From IMG/VR virus record IMGVR_UViG_3300042458_002038, positions 9,721 to 73,720 of that record: a stretch of 64,000 nucleotides of DNA. One strand, 5' to 3'. Shown piece after piece: positions 28,910 to 37,826 of this stretch. The notes beneath the pieces were generated by a model that was not told the origin of the DNA, ran no database searches, and saw only the letters and a list, made by a program, of their open reading frames with translations. A program made the translations under genes and the position numbers. The DNA is from a virus. Position 1 is the stretch's first letter; each line of letters opens with the position of its first letter.

Positions 28910-29251
28910 TTAGATGCGGCGGTTAAGAAAATCGCGATCAGCTTCTTGACCATCAACTTTGCCGCGCATATATGCTACAAGGAATGAACTGTAGTTGATT
29001 AGATCCTTACCACTATCTTCAATACTCTCAAAGTTGGGTTGATACTCAGGATCATTTTCCATAGCTTCAATCACACTATACATTCGCAATACCTTAGCTT
29101 GAATAATATCAAGAATGCTAGCTACACCGCGTGGGTAATAGTTTGCTTGACGAATGCGACTGTTTGGGTTTTGATAGTCACGACTCTTGCGTTCTTGCAA
29201 TTCGGCGCATTCTTTCAATACCAGAATACTTTCTTTAACTGGTGGAGTCAC
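28910..29251 (-). CDS. nucleotide-modification-associated protein (DUF1599/NMAD1-like)
   Basis: KSRDY...KVLR...ESIEDSGKDLINYSSF; probable GTG start. Confidence 0.7.
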   Translation of the reverse strand: MTPPVKESILVLKECAELQERKSRDYQNPNSRIRQANYYPRGVASILDIIQAKVLRMYSVIEAMENDPEYQPNFESIEDSGKDLINYSSFLVAYMRGKVDGQEADRDFLNRRI

Positions 29252-29267
29252 AGCAGTTGTGTTTGGA

Positions 29268-29393
29268 TTAACCTTGGCCACGTGACAGTTTCTTGTAGTT
29301 TTTACTTTGTTTAAGATGAGAAGTTTTGCTTTTGGCATGAATTCCCTTGCGACGAATTTTCTTTGGCTTAACCTTAGGGTTATTGTTTTTCAT
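29268..29393 (-). CDS. small basic protein (41 aa)
   Basis: MKNNNPKVKPKKIRRKGIHAKSKTSHLKQSKNYKKLSRGQG*, 6 nt after a TATAAT. Confidence 0.6.
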   Translation of the reverse strand: MKNNNPKVKPKKIRRKGIHAKSKTSHLKQSKNYKKLSRGQG

Positions 29394-29411
29394 AAATTTA
29401 TTATATACTGT

Positions 29412-29582
29412 TTATATGGATTTGTAAAGGACTTTTTTGCATTTATTAAAATGATATCTTGTCATGTTTGGACGCCGCCCGATTTTAGCACAATAGGGAC
29501 AATGAACAATATTCCAAGTTTTCTTTTTGCCTAAATGAATATCTGATAATTTTTTTCGCAATTTATTTGCAGCTTTATTCAT
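29412..29582 (-). pseudogene. remnant C-terminal DNA-binding part of a homing endonuclease
   Basis: RKKLSDIHLGK..CPYC....NMTRYHFNKC, similar to the end of ORF 21960-22838. Confidence 0.55.
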
Positions 29583-30321
29583 ACAATTTTTTATAATCTT
29601 CTTTAGATATAACAAATTCTTTTCCCTCCGTTTTGATATAATGATCTAGTAAGTAAAATTGTCGACTATACACATGCAGCGATCCTACTTGCCATGTGAT
29701 GCTGCCAGCACTAATTACATTGCCAGTGCGGCATGCAAGATCTTCAACCAAGCAGCCTTGAATATACTTTTGCCATGCATAGTCATTTCTATATCCGGCC
29801 CAAACATCATTACTGCGCATCTGAACAATCATATGCAGCTGCGAGTCTCGAAGTAGAAACTGAACAACATTGGTGCAAATGAAGTCGCTCATTCCACCAG
29901 CACACCAGTCAGTATGCATAGAAGGTCGAGTGTAAATCATTACAGCACGGCGGCTTTCAGGGTTAACGCATAATTCATTGCGTACATTTCCATACTGTGA
30001 GCCATTCTCTTTGCTTAACACAAGGTAACCATAATTGCTGTTGATGAAGCCTGCAGGAGTAGCTACAGCTGTCCAGATGGCCGGTGTCTTGCCTGGGATA
30101 TCATTTACATTAAGGCTCTGTGAAAGATACCAATCCAATTCGTGTTGAATATACTCAGCATTCTCAGATCCAAAGATTAGTGCTTCATCAGCAATAAAAC
30201 TTGCGCCAATCAGCTCTACTGTTTTTACGCCGCTCTTATCGGTTGTGAATTTTTCGGTTAGGTATTGTTCGGCGAGCAATTCGCGAACGTCATTTACATT
30301 CGTTTGAATAATGTTGTGCAT
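29575..30321 (-). CDS. 42: dCMP hydroxymethylase (T4 gp42-like thymidylate synthase homologue)
   Basis: INSNYG, DFICT, MRSNDVWAGYRNDYAWQ (Asp at the dCMP-specificity position), SLHVY. Confidence 0.88.
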   Translation of the reverse strand: MHNIIQTNVNDVRELLAEQYLTEKFTTDKSGVKTVELIGASFIADEALIFGSENAEYIQHELDWYLSQSLNVNDIPGKTPAIWTAVATPAGFINSNYGYLVLSKENGSQYGNVRNELCVNPESRRAVMIYTRPSMHTDWCAGGMSDFICTNVVQFLLRDSQLHMIVQMRSNDVWAGYRNDYAWQKYIQGCLVEDLACRTGNVISAGSITWQVGSLHVYSRQFYLLDHYIKTEGKEFVISKEDYKKLYE

Positions 30322-30326
30322 ACTGT

Positions 30327-30671
30327 TTAAAATAAAAGTTTACGGCAGTTAAGAATGATTTGCATATTGTGAACATCATCATACTCAAGTACAGTCTGAT
30401 CACGCGGCTCTTCATCCTGAAGAAGTTCTTGCTCAATAGTTTGATCTATTGCAAGTGGGCGATCACGTGTAATATATGTATATGCATCGCTCAAAAAGTC
30501 TTTAAGCACGGCACCATTCCTAATGGTGTTCCAATCGGTATTCGCATACTCTGTGCTTTCAACAAAGCTTACGGTTTTGCTAAAAAGCAATTCGCGCAAT
30601 GGATCATCAGATCCAGTTTGACGTGCGCTAAACATTTGGCCTAGTCGGCTCCAGACGGTTTCGTTTTTCAT
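30327..30671 (-). CDS. hypothetical protein
   Basis: ATG 6 nt after a TTTACA-N17-TATAAT promoter. Confidence 0.55.
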   Translation of the reverse strand: MKNETVWSRLGQMFSARQTGSDDPLRELLFSKTVSFVESTEYANTDWNTIRNGAVLKDFLSDAYTYITRDRPLAIDQTIEQELLQDEEPRDQTVLEYDDVHNMQIILNCRKLLF

Positions 30672-30709
30672 AATGTTATTATAACAAGTTAGATGTGGTT
30701 TGTAAAGGA

Positions 30710-31105
30710 TTATTTTTGCAATAGTGCGGCAATGATCAGCTCAGCATTCTCTTGCGCTGATGGATATTCAAGAGTGTTAAATTCCTTTCCATTACGAGAG
30801 ATGAACCAGTCCCAATCAGCTTTTGCTTGTTCTGATAACAGCAAACCTCGAGGTCTTGCTTCACTAGCTTTAAGAATAATGTCAACAAGCTGTTCTTCTT
30901 TATCCCGTGCCGCGGCCATAATCTCTGCCTTTGCAGGATAGACGGCTTGACGAATAGAAGTACTTCCTGGAGCTACTTTTACAAGCCACCAACCTTCTCG
31001 CAATCCTTCATACGCCCAAGGGTCATTATCCTGCACATACTGCTTACCAGTCTTTTTGTAGCGAATTTGATTCATCTTTTCGTAGGCTCTTGTTTCTGCA
31101 TTCAT
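30710..31105 (-). CDS. hypothetical protein
   Basis: ORF in a tightly packed early cluster. Confidence 0.55.
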   Translation of the reverse strand: MNAETRAYEKMNQIRYKKTGKQYVQDNDPWAYEGLREGWWLVKVAPGSTSIRQAVYPAKAEIMAAARDKEEQLVDIILKASEARPRGLLLSEQAKADWDWFISRNGKEFNTLEYPSAQENAELIIAALLQK

Positions 31106-31111
31106 ATTGTT

Positions 31112-31309
31112 TTAGGATTCATATTCTTCGCCTTCGCTAGGTGTGCGATACAAGCGGTCAATTCTTTCGAGATTTTTAATGATGGTATCTTGATTCATGG
31201 ACATGTTTCGTGCAATATACATTTCAGCACAGATCAGATTTAGAATAAACATTCTTTCTTCCGAAGAGTATTGATGAATCATTTTTAGTTTGTCTGGGAA
31301 AGCTGTCAT
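31112..31309 (-). CDS. hypothetical protein
   Basis: packing and strand. Confidence 0.45.
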   Translation of the reverse strand: MTAFPDKLKMIHQYSSEERMFILNLICAEMYIARNMSMNQDTIIKNLERIDRLYRTPSEGEEYES

Positions 31310-31341
31310 ATTATTTTATCCGTGCTCCTTACTTTTTGATT

Positions 31342-31683
31342 TTAGTTTACTGTTTGTCCGTTGATATAAAACACACAATCTCTAATGTATGGACTTTCAT
31401 CAGGATTGGTAATAGTAAAGCGATATTTACGACCACAATCAAGTAGTTTTTTAGTATCCGAATATCGAGGCGCGCTTTTTCCACATACCAATCCATCATA
31501 CTTTTCCATAAGCTCTGCATCTCCGTCAATATCTGGCAAGAATAAACCATCACCGCATGAAAGATCTAAGCCAAATGACAGCTCAAATTGTTCAGCACAC
31601 TCACACATTTCAATCGCATCGTCAAGATTGCTATTTGTTTCTCCTCCGAAGATAATGATTTCGTCGTATATAATGTTTTTCAT
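31342..31683 (-). CDS. hypothetical protein
   Basis: packing and strand. Confidence 0.5.
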   Translation of the reverse strand: MKNIIYDEIIIFGGETNSNLDDAIEMCECAEQFELSFGLDLSCGDGLFLPDIDGDAELMEKYDGLVCGKSAPRYSDTKKLLDCGRKYRFTITNPDESPYIRDCVFYINGQTVN

Positions 31684-31686
31684 ATG

Positions 31687-31890
31687 TTATTTTAAGCTGT
31701 AAACTTCAAATCCAAAATCCTCAATGTCGCGGTCAGTAAACATATCATAGTCGCTATTCCAGACAAAACCTTTGTCAGCAATCCATGTATGGCAGGTGTA
31801 TACCCGTGTACCTACATCATTGAGGACTCCTGTCACTTTAAAAATTTGATCAGCCGCAATGAATATGTCTCCAACTTTGATGTTTTTCAT
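31687..31890 (-). CDS. small SH3/KOW-like hypothetical protein
   Basis: IKVGDIF; similar to 32205-32429. Confidence 0.5.
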   Translation of the reverse strand: MKNIKVGDIFIAADQIFKVTGVLNDVGTRVYTCHTWIADKGFVWNSDYDMFTDRDIEDFGFEVYSLK

Positions 31891-32195
31891 AGTGCGTCTT
31901 TTTCAAATAAGGCTTTCAATCTTTCATATTCGGCGCGATCATAATTAAGTTTGCGCATCTCGCGTTCCTTATCATTCCGAGTTCTGTTTTCATATTCAAG
32001 ATCAGTTTCAAAGCGTTTACCTTGAAGCTTAAGATTATAACCGCCTTCATAGCAAGGATCTTCATAGATTTTTAAATCTGTCCATACATCCGAATATTTT
32101 TCCTTTAATGATTGAAGGTATTCAATCGCCTGTTCAATAGTTGTTTCGTCCAACTCTAGGTCAGTAGTGTCTCTTGTATGAATTAATTTTTGCAT
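31887..32195 (-). CDS. hypothetical protein
   Basis: RFETDLEYENR...EYERLKALF, a common phage pattern. Confidence 0.55.
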   Translation of the reverse strand: MQKLIHTRDTTDLELDETTIEQAIEYLQSLKEKYSDVWTDLKIYEDPCYEGGYNLKLQGKRFETDLEYENRTRNDKEREMRKLNYDRAEYERLKALFEKDAL

Positions 32196-32204
32196 ATTGT
32201 AGTT

Positions 32205-32429
32205 TTACAGTTCGGTTGCTTTAAAAAATGTTTTGATTTCGCTAAGAAGAAAACCATCATCGCCTATATCAGTCCAACCCTGCCCACTCACAAACAAGTC
32301 AACTTCAAAGTATGGATCATCTGGAAACATCTTGGATTGTTGAACATTGGTTACGCGGTAAAGTTGGTTGGAGCTCATGAAAACGTCTCCGACTGATACA
32401 ATGTTGTTGGTCATGTTGTTGGTTACCAT
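32205..32429 (-). CDS. small SH3/KOW-like hypothetical protein
   Basis: VSVGDVF; similar to 31687-31890. Confidence 0.5.
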   Translation of the reverse strand: MVTNNMTNNIVSVGDVFMSSNQLYRVTNVQQSKMFPDDPYFEVDLFVSGQGWTDIGDDGFLLSEIKTFFKATEL

Positions 32430-32641
32430 TCCTTATGATTACCATCTGCTTCATTGTCAGCATAACCAGCAGCATATTCAGCAATTTCTTCTGCGGTCAA
32501 ATCAACAATCTGCTCACCTCTGCCAGTACCTTCTGGATACCAATGCGGCATCTTTGCACGTCTGTAATAGGAGTCAGCACCACCTCGATCATATAATGCT
32601 CCATGGCGTTTTCTGTCAAATTGAATCTGGCTATTGTTCAT
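32423..32641 (-). CDS. conserved small phage protein
   Basis: RHGALYDRGGADSYY...PH...AGY..NE..G..KEW. Confidence 0.6.
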   Translation of the reverse strand: MNNSQIQFDRKRHGALYDRGGADSYYRRAKMPHWYPEGTGRGEQIVDLTAEEIAEYAAGYADNEADGNHKEW

Positions 32642-32642
32642 A

Positions 32643-32870
32643 TTAGTATTTTCCGTATTTTTCCATCAGAGGATGGATATTAACTTTCTTAGTTTTAACT
32701 TTACGATTATCAAACCCACGAATGCGCTCGCCTTGCATGTCATAGAAGGTGTGCATACGGCCAATTGTCATTTCAGCTGTCGTGCGATTAAGGCTAGCGG
32801 CCTTGGCAATGACACTGTCATATTGATCTCCAAGCTTATACTTATAATAGGTTCTCCAAAGGAATTTCAT
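32643..32870 (-). CDS. hypothetical protein
   Basis: Start reassigned to MKFLWRT to avoid overlap. Confidence 0.45.
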   Translation of the reverse strand: MKFLWRTYYKYKLGDQYDSVIAKAASLNRTTAEMTIGRMHTFYDMQGERIRGFDNRKVKTKKVNIHPLMEKYGKY

Positions 32871-32883
32871 AATGCGATATGTA

Positions 32884-33261
32884 TCAGTTGTAGCTTTCAG
32901 CGATTTCCTCAGGAGTTGCAATATAGCAAACGCCGTCAAAGTCGCCGTCAGCATAATCGTTGACAATCACTTCATCAGGCGCAGCCTTGGCAACTTTCGC
33001 TGCTTTCTTTGCGGCGGGTTTTGTAACAGCCTTTGTTGCTTTTTTTGCTGCAGCCTTGACAATCTTCACGTCAGCATCAAGTGCCGCGGCATAAAGGCCG
33101 CGAGAGATTGCCTTTTCTTTGCCAAGGAATGTTTCGAGAACTTCCTTACAAGTGAGGCCATATTGTTGGCCGGTGCTGTAAAGCGTCTTTGCTGAAAAAC
33201 CAGCGGCGGCATCGGGTTGTGCGTTGAGCGCATCAATCATTTCATTTACTCTTGTCATCAT
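32884..33261 (-). CDS. early protein sharing its N-terminal domain with the CobS-like ATPase, plus an AKK-rich tract
   Basis: SAKTLYSTGQQYGLT.KEV...SRGLY; KAAAKKATKAVTKPAAKK. Confidence 0.6.
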   Translation of the reverse strand: MMTRVNEMIDALNAQPDAAAGFSAKTLYSTGQQYGLTCKEVLETFLGKEKAISRGLYAAALDADVKIVKAAAKKATKAVTKPAAKKAAKVAKAAPDEVIVNDYADGDFDGVCYIATPEEIAESYN

Positions 33262-33334
33262 AATATTAGTTTGTTTGGTTTCCTTACGGTATTATTGTAT
33301 CAACTTCTGCGATTTTTGTCAAGGACAAAATTCA

Positions 33335-33424
33335 TTATTTTTGCTCGGAAACAAAAAATGTTGATACAAAAAACATAGCTAAAATCAGCGCAATTACGGC
33401 AAGTGCTAGGGTTGTGGTTTGCAT
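33335..33424 (-). CDS. 29-aa single-TM peptide
   Basis: MQTTTLALAVIALILAMFFVSTFFVSEQK*, first ORF after the early promoter. Confidence 0.5.
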   Translation of the reverse strand: MQTTTLALAVIALILAMFFVSTFFVSEQK

Positions 33425-33434
33425 AATATTTTAT

Positions 33435-33535
33435 GGTTTCCTTACAGAATTATTATACCACAATTTTTCAGACTTGTAAAGGAAAAAATGAAGAAAAATG
33501 CATATTTTTTTGGCCATTGAAAATCAACGAGTTAC
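33435..33535 (-). promoter_or_regulatory. early promoter cassette copy 1
   Basis: IHF-like box 33517-33535, A/T tracts, TTTACA-N17-TATAAT, GTAAGG leader. Confidence 0.75.
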
Positions 33536-33611
33536 GCAAATGACTATTTTTGAGCGGAAATTTAGAGGATTTGCGGCTTCTTTACAGCGGATTGCCCAGC
33601 AGATTAAGCAT

Positions 33612-33650
33612 AAAGGCATGAAATCTTATTTTCAGAGATTTCATGCCTTT
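33612..33650. terminator. intrinsic terminator hairpin
   Basis: AAAGGCATGAAATCT / AGATTTCATGCCTTT. Confidence 0.7.
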
Positions 33651-33681
33651 TTCGGACTGTGGTTTAAGCCACAGACATTTT

Positions 33682-34116
33682 TCAGTTTAAGATGTAAACG
33701 TCAGTCCACGCCGGTGTGGTTTTTGACATATGACTTATGGCTCGGTTTGATGCAACAAATACATCAAACACATATGCTTTTCCGCGCGCTGCCTTTTTGC
33801 TTGTTACAGCAGATCCACGATCTTGAACGATAAATTTACCGTCATCAATCACGTTCTTCAGTGCAGGAATATACACGCGCGTTCCAAACTTAAAGTCTGG
33901 ATGCGCAGCTACAGTAGTTCCTTGACGTGCTGCCTTAACATCTGGCATTGCTACGCGGCTGCCCCAGTGATCTTGTCCAGGGCAGTAATATGTAATGCGG
34001 GCTCTTACTTTATGTATAGCTGCTATTGTATTTAAATGTGCCGTTTCGGCATTGGATACAAACGAGCAGCTAAACAGAGACAGCACCAATGCTAGGGATA
34101 TTGCTATTCTTTTCAT
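33682..34116 (-). CDS. secreted/lipoprotein 3D-domain (lytic transglycosylase-like) protein
   Basis: signal peptide LSLFSC; ITYY, VAAHP, FGTRVYIP, VQDRG, FDVF. Confidence 0.75.
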   Translation of the reverse strand: MKRIAISLALVLSLFSCSFVSNAETAHLNTIAAIHKVRARITYYCPGQDHWGSRVAMPDVKAARQGTTVAAHPDFKFGTRVYIPALKNVIDDGKFIVQDRGSAVTSKKAARGKAYVFDVFVASNRAISHMSKTTPAWTDVYILN

Positions 34117-34304
34117 TGTGTTGTTGGGTTGTGGTATTTTATTTTTGTTTTAGTTTCGGAGAGAGTATCATACCACATTTCATACTCTTTCCGCTTTGTG
34201 TATCGACCCAGCTTTACCTGTAGTCTCACACGATTGCAGAGACTGCTAACACAGCGGTCTCCATTTGCTTTGTAGATTTCCTACAAAATTATTTATCAAA
34301 GGAT

Positions 34305-34874
34305 TTATGTCCAAAGCACGCCCACATGTCGCACGATGGTCATCATTGCATCTTGATCACGCTGTTCAATCAATGCTTCAAGGCGATTTGTTTCAGCATA
34401 TGCTTCAGCAAAGCTCATTCCATATAGCGTTTCGCATGAGCGCATACATGATGATTTGTTTCCAGCAGCATCAAACGTTGGCTCTTCAAATATGCCATGA
34501 ACACCAGGAAGCGTCTTTGGGTAACTGTCATCATGCGCAGCTTGCAATGCGTCGCGCTCATGTTTGATGTAATTATAGGCATCACGCAATTCTCCATATG
34601 TTTTCAGCACATCATCAATGTATTCTTGTGACACATGACCAGCCGCAAGTTCTTTGCTCCAATCGGCATCAAGTTGATACAATCCTTTTTCTTTCTCTAC
34701 AAAGTCAACGAGAGTTGCAAACAATACGCGCGGTACCAATTCGACTTTATCACAGTATGTACGCGGAATGACTCGTGTAAGCCAACGTTGCTGTGGAATA
34801 AAGAAGCTGCGAATGCTCCAGTAAAAACTGGAACGTGCATAGCTGTTGGTAAATAATAGTATCAGTCTTTTCAT
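34305..34874 (-). CDS. hypothetical protein
   Basis: 189 aa; DKVE...LVDFVEKEK...LWT phage pattern. Confidence 0.55.
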   Translation of the reverse strand: MKRLILLFTNSYARSSFYWSIRSFFIPQQRWLTRVIPRTYCDKVELVPRVLFATLVDFVEKEKGLYQLDADWSKELAAGHVSQEYIDDVLKTYGELRDAYNYIKHERDALQAAHDDSYPKTLPGVHGIFEEPTFDAAGNKSSCMRSCETLYGMSFAEAYAETNRLEALIEQRDQDAMMTIVRHVGVLWT

Positions 34875-35530
34875 ATGTATTTTAATTTAAAATTTCCATC
34901 ATCATATATTTCAATATATGAACACTTTTCGTCACAGAAGCTTCCACTGTTGGCATAGGTGCAATTGGCATAGACTCGTACCTCAGGATAGTGTGTATGC
35001 CCAGCCAACAATACATCATGTGCAGCACCATGCTTTTGAACAAACCGTTCACGAACAATATCCTTGGCTCTAATCCATGATTTGCTAAGCTGTTTGATCC
35101 TGCGTGTAAAGCGATGGCGACGATCAAACTTTTGAATCCAGTAGTATGCTCCAGTAAAAAACCATGTAATGAATGGCCGTTCACTGGTCCATCTGTCATA
35201 GCTATGACCATGTTCCATGCGAAACTTTATGCTGTTTATCTCTGCAGCATAATGATCAACCAAATCCATACCAGCTATGGCACTCAAGAATTCGGCGTCT
35301 TCATCGTGGTTGCCATATACCAATACCACATGCCGACTTTTTGATAGCTTGCGAATTTTGCTAAGAATCTTCCAATCCTTTTTATCATAGCGATGAAATG
35401 AATAGTTGTCAAACAAGTCTCCATTGATGACTAGTGTGTTAAATTTAAAGTTCAGTACCTGAAGCACTTTTTCTTTTTGACTTACACTGGTGCCCAAGTG
35501 AACATCACTAATGACTAGTGTATTAATCAT
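34871..35530 (-). CDS. calcineurin-like metallophosphoesterase (LpxH-like)
   Basis: SDVHLG, NGDLFD, GNHD, HG, GHTH, NSGS. Confidence 0.85.
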   Translation of the reverse strand: MINTLVISDVHLGTSVSQKEKVLQVLNFKFNTLVINGDLFDNYSFHRYDKKDWKILSKIRKLSKSRHVVLVYGNHDEDAEFLSAIAGMDLVDHYAAEINSIKFRMEHGHSYDRWTSERPFITWFFTGAYYWIQKFDRRHRFTRRIKQLSKSWIRAKDIVRERFVQKHGAAHDVLLAGHTHYPEVRVYANCTYANSGSFCDEKCSYIEIYDDGNFKLKYI

Positions 35531-35819
35531 TGGTTACTGTTTCATCGGCTAGTTCGTCACGATTCATTGCAGTTGTAATATAGCTGATTAGAATGGTTGT
35601 CATTTCTGCTTGAATGTGATCATCGCTCCAGCGCGTTTCTTTGCGAAAGTCAAGAATCATTTCTGCTATGCGCAATGACGAAAGCAATAGATTGTCATCA
35701 ACAAATACGTCATATACTTGTGTGCGGTATGCATTGCTAGACCGATGGTTGAAGCGCAATTCAACGTCAGATGTTTCTTTAAAGTGATGTGTGATAGCGA
35801 CTAAGATAAGTGGAATCAT
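35523..35819 (-). CDS. hypothetical protein
   Basis: packing and strand. Confidence 0.45.
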   Translation of the reverse strand: MIPLILVAITHHFKETSDVELRFNHRSSNAYRTQVYDVFVDDNLLLSSLRIAEMILDFRKETRWSDDHIQAEMTTILISYITTAMNRDELADETVTND

Positions 35820-35824
35820 AAGTG

Positions 35825-36100
35825 TTATTTGCTTTCTTTAAATGTTACAGTGCCTTCCCATACACCAAAGTTGCTTTGCTCGCGCATTGTCCATGTCTCA
35901 GGCACTTCTCCTTCACGCATAGGTCGCGTAGTATACCATAATGAAGAATTGCCTTCTTTAGACGTCTTCCAAGTTGCAATAACAAATTTGTTTCCAAGTG
36001 GAACGTCTACATTCATGTTTCCGCCAAAGGCCTTAGCTCGTTGGTTTTCTGTGCATGATAATAGTAATGCTGATGCAAGGATTAGTGGCAGTAGTTTCAT
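35825..36100 (-). CDS. small lipoprotein
   Basis: lipobox LLLSC; TENQRAKAFGG. Confidence 0.65.
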   Translation of the reverse strand: MKLLPLILASALLLSCTENQRAKAFGGNMNVDVPLGNKFVIATWKTSKEGNSSLWYTTRPMREGEVPETWTMREQSNFGVWEGTVTFKESK

Positions 36101-36153
36101 ATTGATAATTTATTGGTTTTCTAAAATGTATTTGGCGAGGATGTATTTTTCTT

Positions 36154-36288
36154 TTAGAGAAGGCTAACAGCTTTACCGCGAAAGGCTACAATTACAGCAT
36201 TAAGCGCCGTGCCAATTGCACAAATAAGAAACATGGTGCCTAGCCAGATCCAAAATGAAGAGAAGACGAATTTAAGTATTTCAAGCAT
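36154..36288 (-). CDS. 44-aa membrane peptide
   Basis: MLEILKFVFSSFWIWLGTMFLICAIG... Confidence 0.5.
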   Translation of the reverse strand: MLEILKFVFSSFWIWLGTMFLICAIGTALNAVIVAFRGKAVSLL

Positions 36289-36388
36289 AATCGTATTGTT
36301 GTGTTAGCAGAGAATCCTATCGGTTTTTGGGAAGTGGCTTTTTTCTAGAAGAACCTTTTGATCGTGTGTGATGGTTTCCATGATCTTC

Positions 36389-36595
36389 TTAGCGAGTGTG
36401 TTTGACTAGAGTCTGCAGCAGGTGATCGTAGTCTCCGCTCATGCAATCATCCAGCACGGCTTTAATTTCAGCGGCGGTGCGCCCTTGCTTGCGAGCTGCA
36501 GATTGAAATGCTCCCATAAGTACGAATGCATTTCCATCAAGGCCAACAAGCTGCAGTTTAATTGCTTCACAATGTAGTGTTTCGGTCATATTCAA
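36389..36595 (-). CDS. conserved small phage protein
   Basis: LVGLDGNAF.LMG...GDYDHLL. Confidence 0.6.
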   Translation of the reverse strand: MNMTETLHCEAIKLQLVGLDGNAFVLMGAFQSAARKQGRTAAEIKAVLDDCMSGDYDHLLQTLVKHTR

Positions 36596-36760
36596 ATTTC
36601 ATTTACAGTTACAATTGCGCCCATTTCACGATACACAAGCGCTGCTTCAGCGGCATTGCCATAGTCATCATATATGAGAACGGTTCCGCGCTCTGCAGCA
36701 TCTTCAAATTTAACGATTAGTTCAAACATAGGTATAGATGTTTAAAAGGTACTTCAGTGA

Positions 36761-36844
36761 TTAACAACCGCAGCATGGTGCATCTTCGCAGCCGCACGGT
36801 GAGTCATTTGGAGAATCTTCAATGTCGTATTTCATATTGGTCAT
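36761..36844 (-). CDS. 27-aa Cys-rich peptide
   Basis: MTNMKYDIEDSPNDSPCGCEDAPCCGC*. Confidence 0.5.
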   Translation of the reverse strand: MTNMKYDIEDSPNDSPCGCEDAPCCGC

Positions 36845-36854
36845 AATCAGTAGT

Positions 36855-36967
36855 GGTTTGCCTTACGAGATTATTATACACTAAAAAAAGCAGCTTGTAA
36901 ATAAAAAAATGCATAAATTATGAAAAATATGCATTTTTTGTGTTTTTGTTGATTTTTAATGAGTTAC
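36855..36967 (-). promoter_or_regulatory. early promoter cassette copy 2
   Basis: box 36949-36967, TTTACA...TATAATAATCTCGTAAGGCAAACCAC. Confidence 0.75.
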
Positions 36968-37410
36968 GGCATCATCTTTACAGCAGTCACAATGTCAGAT
37001 TCGTGAAAGATATGCAGCATTGGGCTTCCGTCAAGCCAAACAGCATCATCAACATACAATCCATACCCATATACCCTCTGTAGTGTACTCAAGTCACGAA
37101 CGCTAAAGCCAAGCAGTTCATCAAGTACAATCTCAGGTTTTTCCCACTCAAAGCTTTGCATAGTAAACTTCTTTTGATTGTTGCGATATTCGTCCAATCC
37201 TTCAATCCAATATTCTTGCAGATATACATAAGTGCTGCTGCTGTTGAGACTGGTTTTTCTTACAGTATATTCTTGCCCTGGCACAAGAAGAGTCTTTTCG
37301 TCCTCAATCACATTGGTAAAATATCCCCATTGTGCTGGAGCCTTAAAAGTAATCTTTTGCCCAGGCAGTGGGAGTCCATGTAACACGCTATATTTGTCAA
37401 ACATACTCAT
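36964..37410 (-). CDS. hypothetical protein
   Basis: coupled to pth2. Confidence 0.5.
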   Translation of the reverse strand: MSMFDKYSVLHGLPLPGQKITFKAPAQWGYFTNVIEDEKTLLVPGQEYTVRKTSLNSSSTYVYLQEYWIEGLDEYRNNQKKFTMQSFEWEKPEIVLDELLGFSVRDLSTLQRVYGYGLYVDDAVWLDGSPMLHIFHESDIVTAVKMMP

Positions 37411-37826
37411 AGGAGTGGTAGTAGTGAAGTTATACCGTGAAAGCGGTCATCATAGTGTGGACCAATTGCAACGCAGGTTTTTGTTGGCACACCGCCAAAC
37501 TCAGTTGTGCCATTATCGGTTATCAGATGTGAGGTTAATCCTGCAGCCTTTGAAGCTGCATGAACAGCTTCAAGAGCGGCTTCACTCTCAACATAGCAAG
37601 TGATCTTTCGAAAAGAATGCTTCAACCAATGATCAATTTCATCAGCGTGTGTTTCACTCCAAATGGTATCGGTGCAAAACCAATATTCATGTGTAGCTGC
37701 TAAGCGCTCTTTGCGCATACGCTCAGTTAGAAATGCCATGCTGGCATGACTGCCTTGTGCAACCATTTTTCCTTTGCGCATATTAAGATCCTTGCGCATT
37801 ACAATTACCTGTTTAGTGCTCTTCAT
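37407..37826 (-). CDS. pth2: peptidyl-tRNA hydrolase, Pth2 type
   Basis: KQVIVMRKDLNMRKGKMVAQGSHA, DNGTTE, TCVAIGP. Confidence 0.9.
   Translation of the reverse strand: MKSTKQVIVMRKDLNMRKGKMVAQGSHASMAFLTERMRKERLAATHEYWFCTDTIWSETHADEIDHWLKHSFRKITCYVESEAALEAVHAASKAAGLTSHLITDNGTTEFGGVPTKTCVAIGPHYDDRFHGITSLLPLL

Noticed and set aside
34140-34265. Possible degraded gene fragment (SCETTGKAG...WYDTL)
   Set aside because: Too short and frame-broken to assign with confidence.
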